Below are positions 1 through 12,660 of a stretch of 64,000 nucleotides of DNA, one piece after another. The stretch comes from the human T2T-CHM13v2.0 reference genome, Homo sapiens, in the NCBI RefSeq assembly GCF_009914755.1, contig NC_060927.1; one strand, given 5' to 3'. The first letter of the stretch is position 1, and every line of letters starts with the position of its first letter. Under the pieces are notes generated by a model. It made no database searches and was not told where the DNA came from. It saw nothing but the letters and a program-made list of their open reading frames with translations. Both the position numbers and the translations under genes were made by a program.

Positions 1-109
1 AGAGTAAATTATCTCAATAACCTGAGGATAAATCAGAGACATCAGTTTTTTATCCTAAATACTTCAGAGTGTATTTGCTAAGAGAAAAGCTGTTATTTAC
101 GTAACCACA

Positions 110-400
110 GTTAAATAATCAAAATCAGAAAACTTAGTATTGATATAACGCTCTTGTCCAACACACTATCCATACCCAAATTTTGAAAATTGTCCTAAAA
201 ATGTCTTTGGTAGCTATGTCTTCAACCCAACCAGTCCCCCTTTTTGGAGACGAATTTAAGCCTTTTAAAAATGCTTTTAATCTTTCATGATCTTGACACC
301 TTTTTAAGTACACAAGCTATTTTTTTCTGTAGAATTTCCCTCATTTGTCTCATATACACTGTACCTTAATTTACATATTTGCAGAAAAATGCATTAGGAT
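110..400 (-). mobile_element. Ancient L1 (L1MC-like) 3' fragment
   Basis: Degenerate similarity to recalled L1MC 3' UTR (ccatacccaaattttg...tgtcctaaaaatgtcttt; ttttctgtagaatttccctcattt). Confidence 0.4.
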
Positions 401-579
401 AGAATTTCTAAGGCATTTTTGAAGAAGTCCAAGAAGCAGATAGCCAATATACTCTTTGCTATTCCTGAGGAAAAAGAAAATCCTTTGGATTTCCAACAAA
501 TAAATTTTACTTTGGTTATCATTGAAAGCTGTTAATATTTTTTACAAAAGCAAAAACAGACCAAATGAAATCAATGATG

Positions 580-860
580 GTTGAGAAGATGAAAAAAAAG
601 TCGGTTAATGGGCACAAATATACAGTTAGATAGAAGGAGTAAGTTTTAACGCTTGGTAGCAGAGTTGGAGGACTATAGTTAACAATGCATTGTATATTTT
701 AAAATAATTTGAAGGGAGGACTTCTACTTTAGGCGATCATATTCTGGAGGTGATGGATAACTTAAATATCCTGACATGATAATTTTGCATTTTATTCCTG
801 TAACAAAATATCACATATGCCTCATGAATATGTACAAATATCATGTGTCAATTTAAAAAA
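580..860 (+). mobile_element. L1MA-type LINE-1 3' end
   Basis: ggttaatgggcacaaatatacagttagatagaagga...ggtgatggataacttaaatatcctgac...gtcaatttaaaaaa matches recalled L1MA 3' UTR. Confidence 0.8.
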
Positions 861-1017
861 CACTACCGATATTTTTTAAAAAAGATACATATCACCTTGA
901 GATTCATTGTGTTTTACACAACATATTGAGAAACAGAAACTAGATTTAGACACAAATCTGTAAACTGACAGTTGTGTTTTTTATGTTTTTGATAACCTCC
1001 AGACATAGATTGTACTA

Positions 1018-1741
1018 CAGTAGTCTCCCCTTATCTGCAGGGGATATGCTCCAAGACCCCAAGTGGATGCCTGAAACCACAGATATTACTGAACGCCATT
1101 ACAGTCAATCAGCACGTTTCTGTTCATGCTAATGCCTTTTCCATATTTACTAAGCACTAATCATATACTGTGACAGTAACTTTCCAAGTCTGAGGTGCAA
1201 CAGTAAAACTAGCACAATTTTTTTCCCTTCTCACAATTTGACAGACAATTCATTCTTACCTCCGATTTTAGCAATCTCAGCATGTGATTTTTTTTTTCTT
1301 TATTAAGTTGAGAACTTTCACCTTTTTATTCAAGAAAAACACTGCTTATCTTTGGCATGTCACAATTGCCAACATCACTACTTTCATGCTTTGGACCTAT
1401 TACTAAGTAAAATAAGGATGATTTGAACACAAGCGTTGGGATACCAAGACAGTTGACCTGATGACTGAGATGGCTACTAAGTGACTAATGGGCAGGTCCA
1501 TAATGCATACAGCATTATATGTATAATGCTGGACAGGGAGATCATTCACATCCCAGGCAGGATGGTGGGGGACAGTGCAAGATTTCATTACACTACTCAT
1601 TACACCACTCAGAAGAGTGTACAATTAAAAACTTATGATTTGTTTATTTTTTGAAATTTTCATTTAATATTTTCAGATTGCAGTTGATCATGGGTAACTG
1701 AATCTGAGGAAAACTAAACTATGGATAAGGGGAGCCCACTG
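1018..1741 (-). mobile_element. MER44/Tigger7-derived non-autonomous DNA transposon (TcMar-Tigger)
   Basis: TIRs cagtagtctccccttatc ... ggataaggggagcccactg, TA at the left flank, and an internal sequence matching recalled MER44. Confidence 0.85.
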
Positions 1742-2978
1742 TTATTCATCTTTTCTATCATGCCTTGAAGATTTATTCATTCCCCAAAAATGTCATACTC
1801 TTGAGAAGGGCAGCCAGTTTCTCAGTAGCTATCCATTAACAAATTGAAATAGACTAATGGAATGGCAAGGTGATGTGCTAAGTATGCATTCCTTTAGGAA
1901 TTCCAAGATCCCAACAACAGCCCTGAATCTATAGGAAACTGACCCATCATTGTGAGTTAAAATTTCAATATGACCACATGCCTGGAATGTTAATTCAGCA
2001 AAGATCAAGGCGGAACTTCATTTGCCATTTTCATGTAATTTTGTGAAGTATTAATTGCTGATTTCTGTATAATCTTTGCATACTCATGATAATAATGATA
2101 GCTATCCATCTCTGAAAAAGGCCGCTGTTTTCAAATATAACTTGCTACAATAATAACAGCTGCCACTCTCATGAGGAAGTTTGCTGTATTATTTTATATT
2201 TTATGAGCAATGAAATGGCAGTATGAACCAATCCTTGACCTCTGACTTCAAGAAATATATGAACTGCTTCTCTTCTAGTTCCTTTGTTACTTTGCATATT
2301 ACCAAGCATTGGAACAAAGCAAGCATGGTTTTAATTTTCACCTGCCAAAACTGCTAAAATCAATCTTGCTGTATTCAATAAACAACTCACTGTGCATAGA
2401 TGGGTAAATTTTATTAGTTGATGAATAGCAATGGAATCCTGCCGTTAAATCATAAAATAAAACCCATATATGTGACAAATATCTTTCAGTCCATGACCGT
2501 CTTCCTAGGTAACCATATATAGTATGAAAGATGAATTTTCTTATGACCTTACGCGTACAGGACAAAATACAATGATGTTGTAAGTCATGAGCTTCATACA
2601 AAGTAGTTCATTCTGAGTAAAGTCTTAGAAAATACTCCCAAGACTAGGAGGCCATCTTTCAGTACTGATTTTAATTTAAAAACCAGATTAAAAATTAAAA
2701 CCATATTAAAAATGCCAAGATTTTTAATATGATCAATATTTGATAAGTAATGTTGAATACATTTGTTATTGAGAGGTACATCACTAATATTTTATTAACT
2801 TCTTTCCTTCTGGATAATACATCCACGGTGTGAATTTCCACTGGGACCTACAGTTATTAGATCAAGTAGATTGAAGCACACATAACCAAATGGATTTTTT
2901 TTTCCTTGCATTAAGTCCCAAAGCAACTGTCATCATGCACTAGAGACGCCAGAAATCTAGGTCTTTGGTTATACTTAC

Positions 2979-3352
2979 TGACATGGTTTGGCTGTGTCCC
3001 CAACCAAATCTCATCTTGAATTGTAGTTCCCATAAACCCACGTGTTGTGGGAGGGACATGGTGGGAGGTAATTCAATCATGGGGATGGTTATGTCCATGC
3101 TGTTCTTGTGACTGAGTGAGTCCTCACAAGATCTAACGGTTTTATAAGGAGCTTCCCCCACCACCTTCACTCTGTGCTTCTCCTTGCTGCTGCCATGTGA
3201 AGAAGGACATGTTTGCTTCCCCTTCTGCCATTATTATAAGTTTCCTGAGGCCTCCCCAACCCTGCAGAACTGTGAGTCAATTAAACCTCTTTTCTTTATA
3301 AATTACCCAGTCTTGGATGTCTTTTTTAGCAGTGTGAGGACAGACGAATACA
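2979..3352 (+). mobile_element. THE1 (THE1C/D-like) MaLR solo LTR
   Basis: TG...CA termini: tgacatggtttggctgtgtcccc...agcagtgtgaggacagacgaataca. 5-bp TSD cttac/cttgc with one mismatch. Confidence 0.92.
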
Positions 3353-3469
3353 CTTGCTTACTGAATTTGAGACCTATTTTACATTTAAAAATATATATTA
3401 TAGTGCCTTGATACTTAGTGGCATTTTCGTATTATGGAGTCATTAACAGTGTGATTGCCGTTCCATGGA

Positions 3470-3494
3470 AACAACAACAACAACAACAACAACA
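3470..3494 (+). repeat. (CAA)n microsatellite
   Basis: aacaacaacaacaacaacaacaac seen directly. Confidence 0.9.
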
Positions 3495-3600
3495 CCTATT
3501 TGTCTATATTGCCCACTTGAGAATTTAGTTTCAACCTCCTGTTAATGAGATGCTTTTATTGCCACAATTTTTTTAGTTGTTATTATTTTATACATTTTTA

Positions 3601-3703
3601 AAAAAATATGCTTCACAAATTTGCATGTCATCCTTTCACAGAGGCCATGCTAATCTTCTCTGTATCATTCCAATTATAGTACATGTGCTACCAAAGCAAG
3701 CAA
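3601..3703 (-). pseudogene. U6 snRNA processed pseudogene (RNU6-xP type)
   Basis: Reverse complement reads TGCTTGCTTTGGTAGCACATGTACTATAATTGGAATGATACAGAGAAGATTAGCATGGCCTCTGTGAAAGGATGACATGCAAATTTGTGAAGCATATTTTTT. This is U6 with the ACAGAGA box, CpG decay and a ~5-nt deletion near the 3' end. Confidence 0.95.
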
Positions 3704-4914
3704 TTCCCACCATTTCTAAACAGTTCTAAATTTTTTTTTTGAGGTACGCAAGGGAGTGAAGTGGGGCACAGGTATAACAGAGGGATTTGCCCACAATCCA
3801 TAGCCAAACATAGAGGGCACAATAAGGTCACAGCTTCATGGGGTGAATATTTATTTCTGAGCCCACTGAATTCCCCTAGGGACAGGAAGGCTGAGCAGCA
3901 GTGACATCCAGTTATAATTCTGTTATCTTGTTGAAAGCAGGTTCAGTGAGCTGGACAAGTCCCTTCTTATTCTCTAACAGCAACATTAAAACATGAAGCG
4001 AGTGTGATTTCTGGATAGAAAGATTCTCCTGAGAATTCTGTGGGTACACCGTGTTTTATTTGTTGTAATATATGCACTTCAAGTTTCTGGGTCAAATGCA
4101 CACATATCTTCATGTGGCTTATGTAAGTATCTTGGAAAACAGTTTACAACTTACTGTTTACAGTTTCATAGCCCTTGAGAGAAGTGATGCATTAATTTTC
4201 TGGTGAAGATTAGGGGCCTTTTTGCTTTATAGGGGAATTGGGCTAAGAGTTTCCCTAACCACCCAGGTTGTAATACCTGCCATGTTATTAACACAGTAAA
4301 GCCAGTTTATTGTTTTAGTCTTATCTCTTGATTTACAAAATTGAAGTGTTGAATTGGATGTTCTTTAAGGTATTGTGCCCCCAAAACAAACAAAAAAAAC
4401 TAATGAACAAACAAAACTATGACTTTTCTTGTTAAATATTTCAGTGAGAAAGTTTCTGTTCATTTGGAGTGAAGGGAAGTGTGTAACCCATCATGCTTGT
4501 TTAGCAGGGACATTGACAAAGCCAAGGATGATTTTTTTGTGCATGCAAGTTAGATTTCCTGGTGAAAGAACAAGAGAAAGACACTAATTAATTAGAGACA
4601 CAGAAGGAAGTAAAAAGACAGCCCCAGACTTGACCCTCAGCAGGATTTGAAGCTGACATCCAGGAAACTTTCATTCTTAATTAGTGATGCTTCTGCTACT
4701 TTTGTTTTTTTTTTTTTTTTTTTCCATCCTTTGCAAGCACGGATTGCCCCGGTCCTTTAAAATCTTCTAATTCCCCTCCTCTGCTAATCTGTATCCACAT
4801 GATGAAAGCACTGTATGGTTCTCATTGTATTGTTTTCAAACTCTGTTATGTGCTTTAGGGCTAAGTTACTCTTAGAGAGACCACTAAAAACAACTATAAG
4901 GAAGATTTGCAGAA

Positions 4915-5183
4915 ATTTTTCTTAGGATATCTTTTCAGAAAAGGAACTGCTGAGTTGAACTACTGTAAATGACACTTAAAGGTATTGATAAATATTGTCA
5001 AACTAGCCTCCAGGAAGATTATACCCCTGGAGGAGAGTGCCTGTTTCCTGGAATTACATCGTTGTTTTATTTTAAACATTTCCACATGGGTTTCATTTTA
5101 ATTTACATTTCTTTGATGACTAGCAAATAGAACATTTAAGTTTATTAGTCATTTTATTTATTATTGTATGAATACACTATTTA
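4915..5183 (-). mobile_element. Ancient L1ME-like fragment, interrupted by the MER41 LTR and resuming at ~6208-6320
   Basis: ttttaatttacatttctttgatgactag...ctatttatgtcttgcccacttt reads as antisense old L1 ORF2 across the LTR insertion. Confidence 0.55.
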
Positions 5184-5741
5184 TGTTACAGGATAGGGGT
5201 CCCGATCCAGACCCCAAGAGAGGGTTCTTGGATCTTGCGCAAGAAAGAATTAAGGGTGAGTCAACAGTGCAAAGCAAAAACAAGTTTATTAAGAAAGTAA
5301 AATGATGAAAGAACAGCTACTCCATAAACAGAGTAGAGCATTCTCGAAAGTAAGAGGAGGAATGTGTCCACCCTAGGTACAATTTTTTTTAACCTAGTTA
5401 AAAAAATAAAAAATAAAAAAAAGAGAATACTTTTTTTTAACCTAGGTACTTTCTTTTACCTAAGTTAAAAAGAAAAAGATCATGAGGAGATGTGCTCTGC
5501 TACAAGGGTTTGTGATAAAGGATTAATTTTCTTAATTACTATATTTTGCAAGAATTAATATTACTGACTTTAAAGCAAAATTAGGAATGCCTTTGTTCTC
5601 AAGTTATTGGGATATCAGGACACTCCCAAGTCTGGGTCTGTTTAGTAAACATCATCCATCTGTTCCCTTAACCTGAAGCATGTAGAGGCTAGGAATACCT
5701 AACTTTCCGGGAATGCAGCCCAGCAAGTCCCAGCCTCATTT
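5184..5741 (-). mobile_element. MER41-family LTR (not A/B type; C/D/E-like), lacking its first ~50 nt
   Basis: tgttacaggataggggtcccgatccagaccccaagagagggttcttgg is the antisense MER41 3' end. It ends at gggaatgcagcccagcaagtcccagcctcattt, and its U3 differs from the adjacent copy. Confidence 0.8.
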
Positions 5742-6207
5742 GTGCCAGTTTATTAGGAAAATAAAGGAATGAAAGTATAGCTACTCCATAGACAGATCAG
5801 CCCTGTGGGCTGCTGGTTGACCATTTTTATGGTTATTTCTTGATGATATGCTAAACAAGGGGTGGATTATTCATGCCTCCCTTTTTAGACCATAAAGTGT
5901 AACTTCCTGATGTTGCCATGGCATTTGTAAACTGTCATGGTGCTGGCAGGAGCGTAGCAGTGAGGATGACCAGAGATCACTCTCATCACCATCTTGGTTT
6001 TGGTGGGTTTTGGCCGGCTACTTTACTGCAACCTGTTTTGTCAGCAAGGTCTTTATGACCTGTATCTTTTGCCGACCTCCTCTCTCACCCTGTGACTTAG
6101 AATGTTTTAGGAATTCTAAGTCTGGGAATGCAGCCCAGAAGGTCTCAGCCTTATTTTACCCGGCTCCTGTTGAAGATGCAGTTGCTCCAGTTCAAACACC
6201 TCTGACG
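5742..6207 (-). mobile_element. MER41A LTR (ERV1), lacking its last ~90 nt
   Basis: Minus strand starts (c)gtcagaggtgtttgaactggagcaact and has ggtctaaaaagggaggcatgaataatccacccc, i.e. it lacks the tandem-GAS segment that distinguishes MER41B. Confidence 0.85.
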
Positions 6208-7420
6208 TTTATGTCTTGCCCACTTTCCTTTTGGTGTATCTGTTCATTTTCCTATTTAATCCAACTCTTTATGGTAATGCTATAGCATAGATTCCAACAT
6301 TTTATGTAATGAATCTCTGAAGTGAAGATATTAATTGATATGTTCCAGACATCAAACATGTTGAGAGCAAAGTTGATTTTTATTTGAAAGATAAGAGGTA
6401 TGATTATTTTTGTAGTTTTGAACAAATGAAATATACCCTCATTCTCTATATGAAAAGGGACTGAACTGAGCAGTCAATAAATATCTGAAAGAGGGATACA
6501 GATGTGAATTCAGAAAAGAGAAAAAAAATCAATCTGCGTTATTCCCACAATATTCTTGGGCTATATTTCATGCTAGGATAATTTGTCCTGTTTCTCCTAA
6601 GTCACAGAGACAATGATTTTTAAGGTATTACTGTCAGTCTTTCCCAGGTAACAAGCACAGGATCAAGGGCTTCATCGGTACTGGCCTTGTGATCTCTTTT
6701 ATGTTGCAGAAACTCCTGTGTAAAGCTCACAGGAAAAGTGAACACATTTAGCTTCCTCTAGAACCAGGACCATGTTTGTCTGTGTCCTTCTTTGAGGCCA
6801 TTTCTTAATCTCTACTGAAAAGTGAAAGATAAATGGGAATAAAATAAGCTACATATTACAAGATCAGTAAAAAGAGACAAAACAATAAAAATAAGCACCT
6901 ACATTGAAAGCACTGAGTCAAGCAAAATGAACTACAACAAAGCATTAAGGTGGGTTTGTCAGCTGGATTATTTATAACCCAAAACAATAAAACAAACCTA
7001 GGATATAAAGCTTAAAGTTCAATTCTTAAAATAGGTTTAAAGAAAGGGTTGCAGAGTATATATTTTATGTTGTACAATCAACCTTATGGTCTGGGTCAGT
7101 TAATAATGCCACTCTTCCCTACTGTAACTATCATAAATGTCATTCATCAATCCAGCATTATTTTCAACTGGGCCTAGACAAAGCCTTAGAATGTCTCCCA
7201 ACAGAACTCTCCAAGCAGCTATTATCAATCAGGAAGTTGGTATTTGAATTAGCACGTATTACCATTTCAATGCTGGACTCATCTGCTGAAGGTATGTACA
7301 GTTTTATTAATTTAAAGATAGAAAAGCCAATCAGCCTTTATGCAGCAAGTTAATTCTTTCTCTAAAGTTAGCGGCTTTCTAGCAAAGGCTTCTTTCTCAG
7401 CTCTTGAATCTTCTTTAAGC

Positions 7421-7635
7421 CAGAGCTTTCCAACTGGAATACACACCAGTAGGTCAAAACAGGTACAGGTACATAGAAGTTATTGATTCCTCAGCCTTGA
7501 GAAGGCCAGGTGGGGTTGAAGATACCAGAAATCCTGGGCTGTTATTTACAGCCATAAACAGCCACATCTGTGTACTCCAGTGTGCAGATATTATTGTTTT
7601 CTATACATATTATGAAAAAGATGGAAAGTTTTGCT
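7421..7635 (-). mobile_element. hAT-Charlie MITE (MER112-like)
   Basis: cagagctttccaactgg...tattgattcctcagccttgag...atattattgttttctat resembles the recalled consensus. Confidence 0.5.
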
Positions 7636-7798
7636 TTGAATTGTGGAACAATCCTGCCCTAGTCAGAGACATTTACTAGTACATGGGTGGTTTCTTTTAA
7701 CTCTTACTCAAAATGTTAGAATTTTTCAAAATCATCACAATAAAAAAAAGTCAAAGGATTTATATTTTGAATGGAATGTGTGTATATTTATGTACATA

Positions 7799-8124
7799 CA
7801 ATCAAGTGTCACTTAAAGGCAGGGATATGTTCTGAGGTAATCCTTAGGCAATTTAGTCATTGTGTACCTATCAGAGAGTGTACTTACACAAACCCAGATT
7901 ATATAGCCTAACACACACCAGGGCTATAGGTATAGCCTATTGCTCCTAGGCTACAAACCTGTACCTGTAAGACATGTTACTGTACTGAACATTACAGGAA
8001 ATTGTAACACAGTGGGAAGTATTTGTGTGTCTAAACAGCTAAACACAGAAAATGTGCAATATGAGACCACCATCATATATGTGGTCTGCCATTGACCAAA
8101 ACGTTTTTATGCAGTGCATGACTG
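7799..8124 (+). mobile_element. Tigger3a (Golem/MER7) MITE
   Basis: TA-flanked; gagtgtacttacacaaacc...gcctattgctcctaggctacaaacctgtac...tatgcagtgcatgactg. Confidence 0.88.
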
Positions 8125-8719
8125 TATTTATTATATGTATACCTATTTTTCAGTCTGAGACACAACTGATTTTACCTGGAGTGAAATACATCGCTATTTT
8201 TCGGTGAAGCTCCTTCCATGTAAGCATAAAAGTCCAGTAGACGATCATGAGTATTTAAGGAGCATTATTTGATAATGTAGGTTATTTTGGTGGCAGGAGA
8301 TGTTAAAGCCTAGTTGAGATTAACTTCATGGAGTGACTTCCTAAGGCACTTATATCTTCTCTTTCTCATTCAAATCTATCTAACTTTCATCTCTCTAGAC
8401 ACTTATAATCATGGTACTAGATTGATATGAATTAATAGGTTGATGGAAAATATTTCTTAATAAATTTAAATTTTTCAGGTACAATTAATCTTTAATGACC
8501 AGGTATGTGTATTATGGGGCACTGAATGGGAACCAGTTTGAAAACATAAAACAAATTGTAATTTACACATTCAATACAAACAAAACTATAAAGTCAATAA
8601 AAAGCAAATTGACAGTTAATTTAATGTGACAGATGATTACTTTTAATAGAAAGCAATCACATTTAACATCACAAATATGAGCTGATTACCCCAGAGCAAT
8701 TCTTTGGGCCAAGCAGACT

Positions 8720-9352
8720 GATGCTTCTTCTTGCCTCATAACTGGGTCTCCTTCAATCCTTTCTAAAATTGCTTTTAGAGTGATCATTGCAAATGATTCA
8801 GTTCTTTCAATGGCTCCCTACTGCTTACTATAATACACAAATATAAGTTAGTGAACAGAATCCTTTTTATCTGAGTCTTGCTTACCTCCAGCCTCATCTA
8901 TTTTAATATAATCTATAATTATATAAACAGGTGTATATAATTTTTCCAGCTATACTATACTAAGTATTTGTAGTCTCCATAGATGTCATCCTGTTTCTCT
9001 CTTCAGAGCCTTTCCAACGTGCCATTCCCACTATCTATGAAGTTTATACCAGCTAATGGTCATTCCTTCAGAACTGGATTTTAGTATCTTCTGGGAAACC
9101 CTTTGTAATACACTCCCTCTCCTCCTCCAGCTCTGAAAAAATTGGCTCCCTCTCTGTGCCCACCACAACAGCCTATGCATTCCTTCTTTGACCAGACTTA
9201 GCACTATGCTGTAAATGATTGGTTGATTCTACTTGTCTGTGAGCTCTCTGAGAGAAGGGCAAGGTCATATTCACACCTCTTGCATTTTTAAATTCTACTT
9301 TGACACTTTTAAATTCTTCATAAATATTTTTGAAATGAACAAAACGAATGAA
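8720..9352 (+). mobile_element. L2 3' fragment
   Basis: aatggctccctactgc...ctgtgagctctctgag...ataaatatttttgaaatgaacaaaacgaatgaa is an L2-type 3' end. Confidence 0.6.
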
Positions 9353-10529
9353 CTCATGCTTCTGGAGTTACCGCGCATGCCAGTTTCTGGTTTGAGCTTT
9401 ATTTTTTTGTTTGTTTTATTTTGTTTGGGGATGTGTGTGTGTCCTCAGAATGCTGAATGCGAGAAGGATAAGCAGAGGTTTGGTGTGAGTTACTTCCCTC
9501 AGAGGGCTTCCTGTGAGATATTTTTCACCTTCCTTTTCTTTTTTGCTTTGTTTTCACTCTTATTTTTGTGTCTATTCCCCAGCTCTCCCTCCTGTCTGAA
9601 CTTTATTAGACCTTTCACAATTTCAGAGTCTTTTTTTATTTTTTGAAGCTGTGCAGTAGAGGTATACAGAAGTGAATTGTCCCTTGGAAGTAGATTAACC
9701 ATTTGTTTTGTAGATGTCTAAGAGATGCTTTTATTTGGTTGCTACAAAATGTCAGATCAATATGGTGTGGATATTCATTTAGTCCTTTGAATGGGTACCA
9801 GGTGGATATGCCAACATAAAGCCAAATAACAGCATTAAAGCCTTGGTACTAAAATAGATAGCTCAGTAAAGGAATATCGTATATTTTTTTTCTGTTTTCC
9901 GCCCACTTTATTTTACTAGTCAATAGGCATTGTCTAAAATTCCAGAGTCATTCATATAGTTAAAAGGAAAATAATGACAAATTTGAGTTATTTTGACAAT
10001 AATAAAGTAAGAAATGTCTACTCAAATCACAAACTTTGATATATTTATTTTTGCCTTATCTTTCATTAAGTTTGGTAGAGAAGAATAATTTTTAAGGAAC
10101 TCATTAGACATCATTGACATTACTTAAGAAACATTGGCTGCCACAAAGATTTGGTTGTGCAGAATTTCTAAACTCGCACGGCATTAGAACTGAATCAGCA
10201 TTAGATGCCACATCCTATGAGTTCATTAATATATAAACTTTATGTATTTGTTTATAAAACAAATATTTATAAAGTGTTAAACATGTTCACAGCTTTCTTC
10301 CAGGTCTTGGGAATAGTAGTATGAGAAAAGAGCCTATAGTTTTACAAAATACAGGCTCTCTCCAGCTTGTTTGTATGCATTTTATTATACATACTCAAAA
10401 CATTTGGGGGACATAGATGGCATATATTAAAACATCTTGGTTTAGTTTCTGAGCCCCAAGCTGAATTATATAAAGCCACAATTTCTCACAGTTATCTATG
10501 ATCCACTTTCTGGCAATATCTGAAGTAAC

Positions 10530-10650
10530 ACAATGTAGTGGAAACAGCAAGTACTTGCTTTGGAGCCAGAATGCCTGGATTCTGATCCTCATCAGTTCTG
10601 CCAGAAACTCATTGTGCAATCCTAGATAAATAGCATGACCTCCCAGGTCT
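10530..10650 (+). mobile_element. MIR fragment
   Basis: tgtagtggaaacagca...tttggagccagaatgcctggattc. Confidence 0.55.
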
Positions 10651-12059
10651 TCAGGAAATAACATTAGATTTTCTTTAAATGTGCTTCTACCTATGATTTT
10701 CTGCCTACAGAATATAATAATTTGCTAATGAAAGTGCCCTATAATCACCAAATAACTGTTACCCATCTGTATTCCTGAACGTCGAATAGCCACAACTTCT
10801 GAAGGAAGATCAGTTGCAAAAGCCGTGTGAGTCTAAGTGTCCTCCAAACAAGAACATACATATCCAAAGCAATGCAATGTAGAGAGTCAGAGAAGGTATA
10901 TGTTGACTGACATTACACATGATCTACTGGTAACTGTACATGTAACACAATAACTAGATTTAAATTCTTACTAAGTCGCATGAAACCTTTAATATGGAAA
11001 TACTAGCAGTAGCTATGACACATAGAAAAATGTAAAGTCCTTTTTCCCTGCTTTTGTAAACTGCTGAGAATATCTATGGTTACAGTTCTAAATGGAATTT
11101 CATTAAAGCTGCATCTGAACCATGTACAAGTTGACCTCATATATCAAGGACCATCAGCACTTTACTACTATCCATGTGGTGAGATAAATTACTTTGGCAA
11201 CACACATTTCTGGGAACATTATATTTACTGAGGCTAGCAATTAATCACTTGCAGTTGTATTTGAATGAAATATGTTTCCAGGAAAATATTTTAATTTTAT
11301 TATCTTTCTTATAATTTCACTAGGCAAATTAGATGACTTGAAATAGAAATGGATTTTCACAAAAACTTATTACTTAATAGTACAATCTATACAATCACCT
11401 ATATCCAACTTTATCCTGTGGGGCTTAATTCATTGTAACTCATGAATATATAGATTTTGATTCATTTTAAGCTGCACATGTCTATATTAGCAATAGAAGT
11501 AGTGTTCTTCAAGATTTAAAATGCAACTTTAAACATCTTTTAAACATAAAGTTAATTTGAAGATTTTGCTTTGATAATTACCTGCATTTAATTTATAATT
11601 TTATCTCTGTAAGTTATTTTTATAAGACCCTCTTATAATTCAACATAATAAATAATTATTGTGGTGGTGTTCAGGTAGATACATGATTCTAAATTGCCAA
11701 AGAAAGTGCCATGTATACTTTAGTAAGCTCATTTTGAGGAGGATATGTAACAATAATTTAACTCTTTTGAACATTAGTAAATATGCACAAACTTTTAATG
11801 TTACTGAGATGAACTTAAGGTTTATATACGATAATTTTTTTTCAAATATGAAATTTTCCATAAATTATTAATGTTATTTAAAAACTTTGCAGACTTTCTT
11901 TTGATAATTTCTTATGCATAATTAAATGTGTTAATATTTTCTTTCTAATATATTTTCTTTCAATATATTTGGCACACATTAAAATTTATCAATCCTGGTG
12001 ACTTAATAATTTCTTTACACACATTTTGCTGGAGAAATAACAATGAACAATGAATGAAA

Positions 12060-12190
12060 AGAACGTTTCTTGAACACCTATGTTCCTGGCTGTCAGGCCT
12101 TGTGTTACATTGTTTGTGTGCATTGTCTCATTTAATCTGCCAATAATCCTATGAGGTTAAGTACTATGCTGTAATTAACTTCGTTTTAAT
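12060..12190 (-). mobile_element. MIR fragment
   Basis: cattgtctcatttaatctgccaataatcctatgaggttaagtactat. Confidence 0.65.
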
Positions 12191-12279
12191 ATTTTCTTAG
12201 TGATTTTAAACATGAATACTGTGGTAAAAATTATTTCATTTTTTATTCTTGATTCTAGAGATTACTTGCATATTTCTTT

Positions 12280-12660
12280 TTTTATTCACATTTATTTATG
12301 TATGGAGCACCGGCTAAGGTCCAGGCAGTGCTAGAAGTGCGGGGAACATAGTAAGTGCTGATGATTTGGTAATAAATAGGACAGACAAGGCGCTTACCCT
12401 CATGGAGTTTATAGCCGGTGTTGCAGTACAGATACTAACACTTAAACAAATAATATCATAATTTCCGGTCATGATTACTACTAGGAAGAAAGTAAACCAA
12501 GGTAATAGCTGCAAAATGACAATGGAGTGAATGAGAAAGACGGTGATGTGAAATTAGGTCAGAGAGTTGGGCAGGAAGAAAATTATTCAGCAATTTGTAA
12601 TTTTTAGCTTTAAACTTTGGATTTAATTTGTTAAAGACAATTATCCAAACTTGGGTTTAA
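12280..12660 (-). mobile_element. L2 fragment
   Basis: atggagcacc...ccaggcagtgctagaagtgcggggaacatag...cttaccctcatggagtttatag. Confidence 0.65.

Noticed and set aside
9233-9646. 137-aa hydrophobic ORF
   Set aside because: Product of T-rich low-complexity and L2 sequence; no recognisable homology or splice structure.
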